From the NCBI GenBank assembly GCA_964510375.1, contig CAZEBR010000007.1, positions 4,895 through 54,636 on the forward strand: a DNA stretch of 49,742 bases, given 5' to 3'. Source of the stretch: Candidatus Hadarchaeota archaeon. Lineage in GTDB: Archaea; Hadarchaeota; Hadarchaeia; Hadarchaeales; JAGGTB01. Position numbers and translations under genes: made by a program. Below, piece by piece: positions 17,946-27,577 of this stretch. How positions within the stretch are numbered: the first letter of the stretch is position 1; each line of letters opens with the position of its first letter. Under the pieces are notes generated by a model that saw only the letters and a program-made list of their open reading frames with translations, had not been told where the DNA came from and searched no databases.

Positions 17946-18932
17946 TTAAGCTTTTAATCTAGAAAGAATTTCATCTTTTTTTCGATTCAGACGGGCAAAT
18001 GAAATGACCGCCCCTAAAATCACAAATCCTCTTATCATACCCTTTGCATTAGGTGGGATACCAAGCATAGCAGTGCCAGTGATGATCATAAATAGGACAA
18101 TCATCCCCCCAAAAATGTGTAGTATGTTTCCTCTTCCACCCCGCACGCTAATTCCTCCTATGGCTATCGCCGCAAAAGCGGTGAATATTTCACCATCGAT
18201 TGTATTCACGGTAATATTTCCACCCACGTAACCGAAAAGAAAGATACCAACTACCCCAGCAAGCGCTCCTGCAATCACATGAACAAGTAATTTTACATTT
18301 CCGGGATTTATTCCAACAGTCTCAGCGCCGTCCGAACTATGCCCCACGGCATATACACTGAAACCGGTCTTGGTATAGTTGAGGAAAGACCAAGTAAGTA
18401 GGAGAATGCCGATAAAGATGGGAATTGAAACTGGAATTCCAAAGACCCTCGCTTGGCCAAAGAATAGGAGTGGAGATCCTTCTATATATCCTCCTCCCGC
18501 CGATGTATAAATGACGTAGTGGGCCCACTTAAAAATAACATATCCAGCAAGAGTAACTAAAAAAGAATCTATTTTCATTTTTCCGATCAAAATCCCATAA
18601 AAAAGACCTATGAGGGCGCCGATAACCGGCATGATGATAATTATAAGAGGCCAAGATAACCCCCAAAAATAAAGAGATAATCCACACCCGGACGTAAATG
18701 CTGCTACCTGGGCCAGCGAAAGATCAAAACTTCCAGCCAGGAGACAAAGACCTAAAGCCAAAGCGAGACCCCCCAATACACTAGCGTTTTTGAGAAAAGC
18801 GCTTATATTAGTCAATGTGAGAAAGCTGGATCCTGCAGTTAAAGAAAACAATATGAATACTACTACCACCACTAGCCATACTAGATTATCGATCAAAAAT
18901 AACGAAATTTTATCCCGATTCACAACATCCAC
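17946..18932 (-). CDS. ABC transporter permease (RbsC/AraH-type, BPD_transp_2)
   Basis: 328 aa, about 9 TM segments, GSFDLSLAQV motif region. GTG start. Confidence 0.8.
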   Translation of the reverse strand: MDVVNRDKISLFLIDNLVWLVVVVVFILFSLTAGSSFLTLTNISAFLKNASVLGGLALALGLCLLAGSFDLSLAQVAAFTSGCGLSLYFWGLSWPLIIIIMPVIGALIGLFYGILIGKMKIDSFLVTLAGYVIFKWAHYVIYTSAGGGYIEGSPLLFFGQARVFGIPVSIPIFIGILLLTWSFLNYTKTGFSVYAVGHSSDGAETVGINPGNVKLLVHVIAGALAGVVGIFLFGYVGGNITVNTIDGEIFTAFAAIAIGGISVRGGRGNILHIFGGMIVLFMIITGTAMLGIPPNAKGMIRGFVILGAVISFARLNRKKDEILSRLKA

Positions 18933-19350
18933 GTTCCTAGAAACTTGATTTTTTTCTAACTCCCTTTTTGTTTAAATTCCTTATAAATCTTGAATTTATT
19001 ATAGGTATTCGAAAATTATTCTTGCTCATAAAAATCTCGTGAAATTTAATTCACAAATTTCTTCAGTCGACAAACTCGAAACACTAACCTGACAGTACTA
19101 AATGCTTTGGTAAACACCATTAGTCCAGTCTTTAGTGATGGCAAATTTTAGTTTCCTACTAGGAATAACTAATTTCAAACCGTAATAACCTACCAAATCA
19201 CCTATTGGAATCCTTAAGACCCGCCTAGACAATAGAACGAAGGGACGAAACTCATACCTGGCCTTAATCCGCCCAATACTCTCTGTTTACTATTCAGGGA
19301 ATTTTATTCATCTCCATACCAATTGGACAAGTATATCTTTCAGGCAAACT

Positions 19351-19893
19351 GGGGAAAAATTAATAAAAAAATACCTCAATTAAAAACCAGAACATGACCG
19401 AACTTCTACGCGGAGAAAAAATCCACAAATACTACGGAAAAGTCCACGCGCTAAAAGGAATAAACCTGGAAGTAGAAAAAGGAGAAGTACTAGGAATCAT
19501 CGGAGACAACGGAGCAGGAAAATCCACCCTCATAAAAATACTCAGCGGAGTCCTCCAACCAACAAAAGGAAAACTATACTGGAAAGGCAAAGAAACCAAA
19601 ATAGACTCAGTCAAAAAAGCAAGAGAAATGGGAATCGAAACAGTCCACCAAGAAGGAGGACTTGTAAAAATTCAAAGCATCGCAAGAAATATCTTTATGG
19701 GTAAGAATTGTCCAAAAGACACAGGATTCGTGAATTACGACGAGATGAATGAAAGAAGCAAAAGTAGATTAGAAAGTTTGAATCTTAATCTCGACCCGGA
19801 GACCGATGTAAGGTTTTGCTCGGGAGGAGAAAGACAGGGAGTAGCCATAGCGAGAGCACTAGAATTCGAAGCAGAACTCGTCATGCTCGACGA
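19351..19893 (+). repeat. direct repeat copy A (promoter + first 500 nt of ABC ATPase gene)
   Basis: Reads identical to 21644-22186 except one base (19359 a vs 21652 g). Identity stops at the wobble base of Glu167 (19894). Confidence 0.9.
19360..19373 (+). promoter_or_regulatory. putative TATA box shared by both ATPase copies (near-leaderless transcript)
   Basis: TTAATAAAAAAATA starts 34 nt upstream of the ATG. The same sequence occurs at 21653-21666. Confidence 0.35.
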
Positions 19894-20122
19894 ACCGCTT
19901 CGAGGACTAGCCGTTAAACCGAGAAAGAAGGTAAAAGAATCTGTCAAAAACATAAAGGAAGAAGGTTTAGGATGTATAATTTCTACACCCCGGGTCAGGA
20001 ACCTATATGAAATTATAGACAAAGTAATCGTCCTTTATAGAGGAGAAAAGATAGGAGAGTTCGAAAAAGGAGAGAGGACACCGGAAGAAATCCACAAAAT
20101 GGAAGTCGAAGGAGAACAGTAA
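19394..20122 (+). CDS. ABC transporter ATP-binding protein, single NBD, copy 1 (divergent C-terminal third lacking the H-loop His)
   Basis: Walker A GDNGAGKST, Q-loop VHQE, signature CSGGERQGV, Walker B LVMLDEP. The C-terminal IISTPRV sits where copy 2 has IISHEIR. Confidence 0.8.
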   Translation: MTELLRGEKIHKYYGKVHALKGINLEVEKGEVLGIIGDNGAGKSTLIKILSGVLQPTKGKLYWKGKETKIDSVKKAREMGIETVHQEGGLVKIQSIARNIFMGKNCPKDTGFVNYDEMNERSKSRLESLNLNLDPETDVRFCSGGERQGVAIARALEFEAELVMLDEPLRGLAVKPRKKVKESVKNIKEEGLGCIISTPRVRNLYEIIDKVIVLYRGEKIGEFEKGERTPEEIHKMEVEGEQ

Positions 20123-20384
20123 ATAGGAAACTAAAATTTAAGTTTTTTTATAAACTAGAAAATATCTATTCCACAAAGAGTACGCTACTAGCTAGAATTA
20201 GTTATATTAATGGATTAGAAGCTATCTGGTTCAATGATTATAAAGAGTAGCTATCTCCTGAATATCGAGTTAAAAAAATCGGCAATTATATCTTAAACGA
20301 GAAATTCGAATAACAACTACCCTTCAGCAAAACCATAATCAGTTGATGAACTTAAAAACAGGAGGAAAAATCCCAAACTAGAAG

Positions 20385-21389
20385 TTACTCAGTATTATTT
20401 GAAGAGGAAGAATGAAGTAGCCTTTCTTTTATCCTGTAACTGTAAGCATTCATAATAATACCTGAAAGAAGGATAACACCCTTTAACATATTCCTAGAAT
20501 AACTTCCGATCCCTATGAAGTTAAGACCGGACTGAACAGTCACCCAGAAAATCGCAGCACCCAGCACATTCAAAATTTCACCCTTGCCCCCGTCGAGGCT
20601 AACCCCACCTAAAACAGCAATGCCGAAAACCCAAAAAATACTTCCATCTAACATAGTACCTGGAGCTGAACCGTTATATCCTACATAAATCAATCCCGCT
20701 AGGCCAGCGAGCGCTCCTGCGATCATATATACAATTACTCTAGTATTTTCTACATTGACCCCTAATAACTCGGCAGATTTGGAATCGCCCCCTATTTGGT
20801 ATATCCTAATACCTGTATCCGTATAATTCAAAAATAGCCACACACACAAGACTGTAACTACGGCAATAATTGCAGAGGCATTAATTCCCAAAAAAGTTCC
20901 GCTTCCAGCGAAAAGAATCGGGCCAGGAACATCATGCACAGGAGCAGCATGAATAGTACTCCTAAAAGACCGAAAAATAATCAAAGTTGCCAGAGTAAGT
21001 ATAAACGAATTTATTCCCAGCTTACCGACTAGTATCCCATTTATAAGTCCTAAAAGCGTTCCTATTGCTAGCGGAAGAATAAGGAAAAATATCGGCGGCA
21101 TGCCGAGAAAACCAGTATGAAAAATTAAAACAGAAAACATTCCAGCCATGCCAGCAACCGCAGCAATAGTTAGATCAAAAGTTCCGGAGATAAGTGATAT
21201 GGACTCGGCCAAAGCCATGATTAGAAGCCACGATCCAATCATGAGCAAATAATTGAGATTTGAAAACACCGAACCGAATACTCCAGGAGCGATAACAACA
21301 AATACAAGGTAAGCCACTAGCGCTATTATCCAAATAAGATGGTCCAGTGCAAGTATCTGAAGTTCCTTCCATTCCAATTTTTCGACCAT
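20385..21389 (-). CDS. ABC transporter permease (RbsC/AraH-type), paralog 2
   Basis: About 334 aa polytopic, GTFDLTIAAV motif region. ATG at 21389 (ORF track TTG at 21395). Confidence 0.8.
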   Translation of the reverse strand: MVEKLEWKELQILALDHLIWIIALVAYLVFVVIAPGVFGSVFSNLNYLLMIGSWLLIMALAESISLISGTFDLTIAAVAGMAGMFSVLIFHTGFLGMPPIFFLILPLAIGTLLGLINGILVGKLGINSFILTLATLIIFRSFRSTIHAAPVHDVPGPILFAGSGTFLGINASAIIAVVTVLCVWLFLNYTDTGIRIYQIGGDSKSAELLGVNVENTRVIVYMIAGALAGLAGLIYVGYNGSAPGTMLDGSIFWVFGIAVLGGVSLDGGKGEILNVLGAAIFWVTVQSGLNFIGIGSYSRNMLKGVILLSGIIMNAYSYRIKERLLHSSSSNNTE

Positions 21390-21643
21390 CCACAATTATT
21401 TTTTTCTACCTATGGTTTTGAGTAGGGAATTTATAAAGAATTGGGTTTTGGAAACAAGAAATCGGGGCTTTAAACGGACTCGGGCTTTCTTCCTAATTCC
21501 TTCCAAATCAAATCCCACAGATTCAGGCACTTCGGAATGTGAGAATATTCCGAAGTTAAAATATTCCAGAACCATAAATGGAAATTTGATCCAATAAAGC
21601 CTAGACTCCTGTGCAATTTCTGTTTTATTAAAAGAGAAAGAGC

Positions 21644-22186
21644 GGGGAAAAGTTAATAAAAAAATACCTCAATTAAAAACCAGAACATGACCGAACTTCT
21701 ACGCGGAGAAAAAATCCACAAATACTACGGAAAAGTCCACGCGCTAAAAGGAATAAACCTGGAAGTAGAAAAAGGAGAAGTACTAGGAATCATCGGAGAC
21801 AACGGAGCAGGAAAATCCACCCTCATAAAAATACTCAGCGGAGTCCTCCAACCAACAAAAGGAAAACTATACTGGAAAGGCAAAGAAACCAAAATAGACT
21901 CAGTCAAAAAAGCAAGAGAAATGGGAATCGAAACAGTCCACCAAGAAGGAGGACTTGTAAAAATTCAAAGCATCGCAAGAAATATCTTTATGGGTAAGAA
22001 TTGTCCAAAAGACACAGGATTCGTGAATTACGACGAGATGAATGAAAGAAGCAAAAGTAGATTAGAAAGTTTGAATCTTAATCTCGACCCGGAGACCGAT
22101 GTAAGGTTTTGCTCGGGAGGAGAAAGACAGGGAGTAGCCATAGCGAGAGCACTAGAATTCGAAGCAGAACTCGTCATGCTCGACGA
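21644..22186 (+). repeat. direct repeat copy B
   Basis: See copy A. The offset between copies is 2293 nt. Confidence 0.9.
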
Positions 22187-22415
22187 GCCTACTACCAATC
22201 TACCCGAAAAGTCCATAGAAAAGGTTTTCGACCTAGTTAAAAAATTAAGAGATAAGGACATTACGACAATAATAATATCTCATGAGATAAGGAGTATATA
22301 TCCTATTATAGAAAGAGTCACACTGCTAGACGACGGAGATAAAATAGGAGAAGCTCGAAAGGAAGACATAACAGTAGAAGAAATAGAGAATGCACAGCTA
22401 GAAGGCGAACTATAA
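21687..22415 (+). CDS. ABC transporter ATP-binding protein, single NBD, copy 2 (canonical)
   Basis: Residues 1-167 are identical to copy 1. D-loop LDEPTTNL and H-loop IIISHEI are present. Confidence 0.85.
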   Translation: MTELLRGEKIHKYYGKVHALKGINLEVEKGEVLGIIGDNGAGKSTLIKILSGVLQPTKGKLYWKGKETKIDSVKKAREMGIETVHQEGGLVKIQSIARNIFMGKNCPKDTGFVNYDEMNERSKSRLESLNLNLDPETDVRFCSGGERQGVAIARALEFEAELVMLDEPTTNLPEKSIEKVFDLVKKLRDKDITTIIISHEIRSIYPIIERVTLLDDGDKIGEARKEDITVEEIENAQLEGEL

Positions 22416-22542
22416 TCCACACTTGCGATTGCCTAAATAATGATTAAGAAAACCAATCGAGGAAAGATGAAAAGTCGTTTTGCTAAACCGGTACTTATCG
22501 GGAAACAAATTTTATGAAAAACATAGCAGAAAACGCAAGAAT

Positions 22543-23079
22543 TTAAGTAAAATTAATCTGACATCCGCCATCGCTTCTGAGATTTATCTTAAAATCTTCC
22601 CCTATTATTATTACAGACTTATTTTGGGTTTTTTCGGATTTTTCTACGTTTATATCATTGATAAAATTAAAATCCAAATTTATTCTGTTCGAAACAGGCT
22701 CTTTGTCCCTCTTCTGCTCGCTAAACATGGACAGGAACTCCCCCAGTACTCCCTCATCCGCATTATCGGGACCTCGTATCCCTAACGCTTCCTTCTCGGT
22801 TATTTCTCCTAATTCATTCATTACTTCACCATCCTTTTTAGCTAGGGAAGCCCATAATCTACCGTCCTCACGTTTTATCAGATAGGAAAATTTTCCACTG
22901 CCTCCGACAAGCTTACTACTACCTTCCTCCTCCAATTCCTTTAGAAACTTCTCCTCAGCAACGGACTCTACTTCCACGTTCGTGAATTCTATAATATCAG
23001 ATTCGTTCAGAACTTTGTATCTCCAAGGGACGTTGGCAATGCTTTCATCCAATTTCTCTTCAATTTCTTCAATTTCCAT
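22543..23079 (-). CDS. acidic hypothetical protein
   Basis: 178-aa ORF with E/D-rich composition like the rest of the proteome. No recognisable motif. The A+T-rich 3' third makes the true end uncertain. Confidence 0.45.
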   Translation of the reverse strand: MEIEEIEEKLDESIANVPWRYKVLNESDIIEFTNVEVESVAEEKFLKELEEEGSSKLVGGSGKFSYLIKREDGRLWASLAKKDGEVMNELGEITEKEALGIRGPDNADEGVLGEFLSMFSEQKRDKEPVSNRINLDFNFINDINVEKSEKTQNKSVIIIGEDFKINLRSDGGCQINFT

Positions 23080-23294
23080 TTTGGCCTCCTAATTACTCCT
23101 ATCTTACAACAGCATTACTAATTAACCACTAATTATCTTTGGATATCATATTTATCAATCTATCCTGAAGAAATACTTTGAATACTTATACTCACGCCCT
23201 TTAATATTAGCAGTCACATTCTCCGGAAAGAAATCCGGTCTTAAACCCATCGTTTCTATAAACAAAAAACATGAAACAGCAAATAAAAAATACT

Positions 23295-24353
23295 TCAGGG
23301 TCTACTTGTCAAAACTTTTAACTCCAACTCGTATTCTCGAGTTTCTTGTGGTTCCAGAATAGGAAGTTCCCCTTTCTTTCTCAATTCGCTTTTATCATCA
23401 AATGGACAGTTAGCAGGTTCTAAACCCAAAACATATTCGCTCTTATTCAAATATTTCCACTCAACTAGATAAGGAAGTTGAGACTCCTTAAAAATGATCT
23501 CAAGACCTAATTCATTTTCTAAATCAGGGTTAACTAGCCTCACTTTATTAGTATCATTATCAGAGGGCATTTTATGTTCATATATTCTATCCTCATATCC
23601 CTCCGTAGGATCTTGGAACTCGTCGTACTTATTCAATTCATTACTAGCTTTCTCTCCGGAAACACTTCTGGTCCGATCGGGTTCTAAGAAAAGCTCCGAG
23701 TTTTTATCAAGTAACGGGAAACCTAAATTTATATGATAAAGAATCATGTGAGATGTTTTTCTAAATGAATTGTTTTTTACTTCATCCCTCACCTTAATTT
23801 TCTTCTCGTCCAAGGCCGTTTTTATCTCCCTTTTCAGAGTCAAATTCTCTCCGTGAAGCCTAGACTGCTTAATTTCACCGGAGACACTCAAAACATAGCT
23901 ATCGTCCTCCCAATCGGAATTCACGGATACGTTTTTTGCGGGTCTGTTAGAAATTCTCCCATGGAACACGTCACCTTCCTCAGAGGGAAATCCAAAACTT
24001 GTAAGCCCACAGGTAGTCAAAAGACCTCCAAAAAAGTTCCTTTTCCATTCCTCACCTTCGGGCTCGTAATAAGAAGGATGGCTTTCCTCAACGGGAGAAC
24101 GCCAAGCAAGATTACAACCCTTATAATACAGTGAAGTTATATCCATAGCCCTCTCAATCAAAACATCAAACTGAATACCCTTCGCCGTTCGAAAGCTCGC
24201 CTGTCTACAGCCTTTAGCAGGACCATCAGCTCTTTCCTGCAACTCCACATATCCAAGTTGGCGCATATCCCCTACTCTTTCTATAATCTCGCTCTTAGAA
24301 AGTTCTGATGCTTTTTCCCCAAAATCCATAGCGACCAACTCTTGATCGTCCAT
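23295..24353 (-). CDS. aldose 1-epimerase-like protein (DUF4432 / galactose mutarotase-like fold)
   Basis: 352 aa. FGGLLTTCGLTSFGFPSEEGDVFHGRISNRPA block is typical of DUF4432. Confidence 0.65.
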   Translation of the reverse strand: MDDQELVAMDFGEKASELSKSEIIERVGDMRQLGYVELQERADGPAKGCRQASFRTAKGIQFDVLIERAMDITSLYYKGCNLAWRSPVEESHPSYYEPEGEEWKRNFFGGLLTTCGLTSFGFPSEEGDVFHGRISNRPAKNVSVNSDWEDDSYVLSVSGEIKQSRLHGENLTLKREIKTALDEKKIKVRDEVKNNSFRKTSHMILYHINLGFPLLDKNSELFLEPDRTRSVSGEKASNELNKYDEFQDPTEGYEDRIYEHKMPSDNDTNKVRLVNPDLENELGLEIIFKESQLPYLVEWKYLNKSEYVLGLEPANCPFDDKSELRKKGELPILEPQETREYELELKVLTSRP

Positions 24354-24519
24354 ACATTCGTAACAAAATCAACTATTTAATGATTATCATAGTAAACTCC
24401 AGAGATGAAAATCCCGACAAATAGAGAAGTGAAACCCTGAATTTTTCTAGACAGAGAATTTAAGGGGGCTAATAAGGTATTCATTTAAATAGACATCAAT
24501 CGAGCGAGAATAATAAAAA

Positions 24520-25203
24520 ATGTATAATGAGCTGAAAGATGACCTAATAAGCGGAATTGTTTTTCTAGCCCCCATATTCGTTACTTTCTATGTAGCTTAC
24601 TGGCTATTCGGCATCGTTATGGACTTGCCCGGAATGAACATGTTTCCGACAACGGATTTTCCAATATTCAACCGTTTAATCCATTTTCTGGTCGTGGCAC
24701 TCATTCTAGGATTTTTTCTTGTGGGAATCGGACATCTAGTCCGAACAGTCCTAAGCACGTATGCTCAGGATTGGCGCGACAAGATAATGAACAAAATCCC
24801 GGGACTACGAATAATCTACAAAGCCACGAAGCTAGCTGTCGAAACAGTATCAAGTAGCACCACTGAATTTGAAAAACCCGTCAAGATTGAACTGGGCGGC
24901 ATTCGTCTCACCGGATTTAAGACGGGGACGACCCAAGACGGGAGAAACATAGTATTTCTCCCCACCACGCCAAACATAACTACCGGATTTCTCCTTGAAC
25001 TTGAAGATGATAAAGTACAGATCGCCGACGAGACCGTCGAGGAAGCACTGACAAGGCTGATTAGTATAGGATTCGGAGACTCACAGAAGGAAGTCAAAGC
25101 CGAATTCATGAATCAAGACGCCGATGCGGGGGATGAAGTTGAAAGTGAAGGGACTAATAATGATGGAGATAGTAGCGAAAAATCTTCATCGGGAAAGTCT
25201 TAA
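24520..25203 (+). CDS. DUF502 family membrane protein with acidic C-terminal tail
   Basis: GIVFLAPIFVTFYVAYWLF start, two TM helices, then a soluble beta-rich domain (IVFLPTTPNITTGFLLEL). Confidence 0.7.
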   Translation: MYNELKDDLISGIVFLAPIFVTFYVAYWLFGIVMDLPGMNMFPTTDFPIFNRLIHFLVVALILGFFLVGIGHLVRTVLSTYAQDWRDKIMNKIPGLRIIYKATKLAVETVSSSTTEFEKPVKIELGGIRLTGFKTGTTQDGRNIVFLPTTPNITTGFLLELEDDKVQIADETVEEALTRLISIGFGDSQKEVKAEFMNQDADAGDEVESEGTNNDGDSSEKSSSGKS

Positions 25204-25274
25204 TCCAATTTAGTTTAGTCCATGTTTTCCCAGATGCCTATTTACCCATACCAGATGACACTTACAAAAACAAT

Positions 25275-25835
25275 TCAAGTAATCCTTTCCGCAATATCCA
25301 CCCAGTCAAGCCTGAGAGTTCCATATATTATTAGAATCAGAACTATGGCTGTTATGAAGGCCGTGATCCAGCTCCCGCCAACAAACCAACCTGCGAGTTC
25401 ACCCACATAGATGAGTATTAAAGCCATCGAAAACTTTCCCAACGCGCAATAAATGAACGCCTTCCAGAAATCGTATCGGGCCAATCCCAACGGTATGAAT
25501 AGAAGATCGTCGGGAAGGGGAGTGAGAGCGAACAAAAATATCGCCGGCCCTCCATATTTGTCGAAAATCTTGAGCATCGCCTTAAACTTCCGTTCGTGCT
25601 CCTCCCCCACCAACGTTCTACCGGCATAACCGGCCCCGTATCCCACTAACTCCCCGGCTCCGGACCCAAGTCCCGCCACTACCGCGAGCAGTAAAGGGTT
25701 AAAATAGCCCGTCGCACCCGCCGCTATCAAAGCCACGGTATACGGTATCGGAATAACGATTGAACTTGCACCCAAGAAATTTAAAATAAATATTCCGGGA
25801 TATCCCAATGCGACTAGAGGGTCCCACCAGCTCAT
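25275..25835 (-). CDS. DedA/YqaA-type (VTT domain) membrane protein
   Basis: 186 aa. IPIPYTVALIAAG, GSGAGELVGYGAGY, FALTPLPDDLLFIPLGL. Confidence 0.75.
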   Translation of the reverse strand: MSWWDPLVALGYPGIFILNFLGASSIVIPIPYTVALIAAGATGYFNPLLLAVVAGLGSGAGELVGYGAGYAGRTLVGEEHERKFKAMLKIFDKYGGPAIFLFALTPLPDDLLFIPLGLARYDFWKAFIYCALGKFSMALILIYVGELAGWFVGGSWITAFITAIVLILIIYGTLRLDWVDIAERIT

Positions 25836-26021
25836 TGTTCTTTCCTTTTAATTGATGGGACTAAGGATTATTTACTATTTTACTAGTCTAGATAATTTTT
25901 AGCAACGACAGATTATTTCGGCGAAAGACCCAGCCGCTACCACGACAAATACTAATAATCCGATAGTAACTGGGTCTATATTTTTCCCTTCGAACACGAT
26001 AAAATTTATTTATTAAATAAA

Positions 26022-27479
26022 TTATTCACACGCCCTCGTCAGTCGGACATCGAATCTGGCACCACCCAGCTCGGAATCTTTTACCTCCACCTTACCTCCG
26101 TGGCTTTCTGCTATGTTCTTGACCATAAAAAGACCCAATCCGGACCCGGCAGATTCACCCTTCTTGAATTCCCTGTCGAAAACCTTCTCCTTGTCCTCGT
26201 CCGGAATCCCCTTTCCGTCATCCTCTATTATCACGACACATTCGTCTTCCCGCTTTTCCCCAGAAACACTAATCTTGGAGCAATCGGAATGCTGAATCGA
26301 ATTCTCCACGATGTTTGAAAAGAGTTCCTCCAGCAAAGGACTAGTGCATGCCTTGCACTCAATTTTATTATAATCTAATTCGATCCCGTTTTCGGATATC
26401 TTCGACTGGTGTTCGCTGAGCACATTCTTCAAAGCCGAATCTAACCAAATCTCCTCAGCTTCTTCCCTCTCCTCGACCTCTCTTAGGGTCCTTACCTTCT
26501 CGATAAGTTCAACTGCCTCCCTTATCGCTCTGTCCGTCTTTTGAAGGTATTTATCTTCCTCCTCTGCCGAAACATCAGAGGCGGAAATCAGCTCTATATA
26601 ACCCCTAGCGATCTGGGCTTTATTTCTCACATCGTGACGAAGAAGCGAATGCAGGAAGTCCTCCCTCTCCTCCACCTCTTTCTGTTCGGTTATATCTCGG
26701 AAAGAAAGAACTGCGACGGGCCTTCCATCCATCTCGAAGCCCCTTCCAGTGAAGCTTGCCCAGAACTCCTCGCCCGAATCCCTCATCAATTTTGTCTCTA
26801 CACCCTCCATCACACCGCCGTCGAATACCTCATCTTCGATTTTCGTATCAAATCTTTTCTTCTCCTCCGGGACCACAAATTCGTAGATAGCCCGCCCCTC
26901 TATATCCTCCAACGATTCCAACTCTAGCATGTCCAAGGCCGCACTGTTCGCGTGCATTATTTCGAAACTTTCGGCGTCCAGGAGAACTATCCCTTCCAGA
27001 ACTTTTTCAAAAAGGGTATCCAATCTCTCTCCCTGCTCCACCGACTTGCGCAGGGACCGCCAGTCCTCAGCTTCCCGGGCTACGATATCCGATAGGTTCT
27101 CGTACTGGGCTTCTCGGTCTCCTTCTCGAACTAGGTATCCATTGGCCCCAGAATTAAGAGCATCTATAGCAACATCCGCTGAACCTTCGCCCGAGAAAAT
27201 TATGAAAGGTATGCTCTTCCCGATTTCATTTCTTACAGTCCTCAAAAACTCTAGAGCATTGACCCCCGAACCAGAATGACCGGAAACCGTTGCATCGAAA
27301 TCACCGGCATCGAGTTTTTCAAGAGCCCCCCCGACCGATCCGGCAGTCTCAACATCAAATCTCCCCCCGAGAAAGCTCTTAGCCTCATCCAAAAATTCCG
27401 AACTATCGCTCACAACCAGTAACTTCAAGCTTCCCCCTCCAAATTCATCACCCTTCCAATTACTTTGTGTATTCATCAA
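26022..27479 (-). CDS. hybrid sensor histidine kinase: degenerate receiver - PAS - HisKA - HATPase_c
   Basis: H-box DFLHSLLRHDVRNKAQIARGYIELI, N-box LFSNIVENSIQHS, IEDDGKGIP, GSGLGLFMVKNIAESHGG. N-terminal CheY-like fold has substituted key residues. Confidence 0.85.
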   Translation of the reverse strand: MMNTQSNWKGDEFGGGSLKLLVVSDSSEFLDEAKSFLGGRFDVETAGSVGGALEKLDAGDFDATVSGHSGSGVNALEFLRTVRNEIGKSIPFIIFSGEGSADVAIDALNSGANGYLVREGDREAQYENLSDIVAREAEDWRSLRKSVEQGERLDTLFEKVLEGIVLLDAESFEIMHANSAALDMLELESLEDIEGRAIYEFVVPEEKKRFDTKIEDEVFDGGVMEGVETKLMRDSGEEFWASFTGRGFEMDGRPVAVLSFRDITEQKEVEEREDFLHSLLRHDVRNKAQIARGYIELISASDVSAEEEDKYLQKTDRAIREAVELIEKVRTLREVEEREEAEEIWLDSALKNVLSEHQSKISENGIELDYNKIECKACTSPLLEELFSNIVENSIQHSDCSKISVSGEKREDECVVIIEDDGKGIPDEDKEKVFDREFKKGESAGSGLGLFMVKNIAESHGGKVEVKDSELGGARFDVRLTRACE

Positions 27480-27577
27480 TAAATACAGTTTCCATCCATT
27501 TTATAGTAGAACAATCAATGGCGAGAGTATAAGAAATTCAACCATCTGTCAATAATAGCAAAACGTCCGACATTGGG

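Noticed and set aside
16256-24353. Integrated element with att duplication of the tRNA-Gly 3' end
   Set aside because: There is no integrase or recombinase gene, and I found no second copy of the tRNA 3' segment by eye. Only composition and spacing hints remain, and those are reported as a low-interest finding.
25926-26023. Inverted repeat AGACCCAG/CTGGGTCT (25926-25977) and an A/T palindrome AATTTATTTA-t-TAAATAAATT (26003-26023) after the hybrid kinase gene
   Set aside because: They are plausibly just terminator or promoter-context A/T-rich DNA between two minus-strand genes. The palindrome is low-complexity, and the long-spacer repeat is not followed by a T tract.
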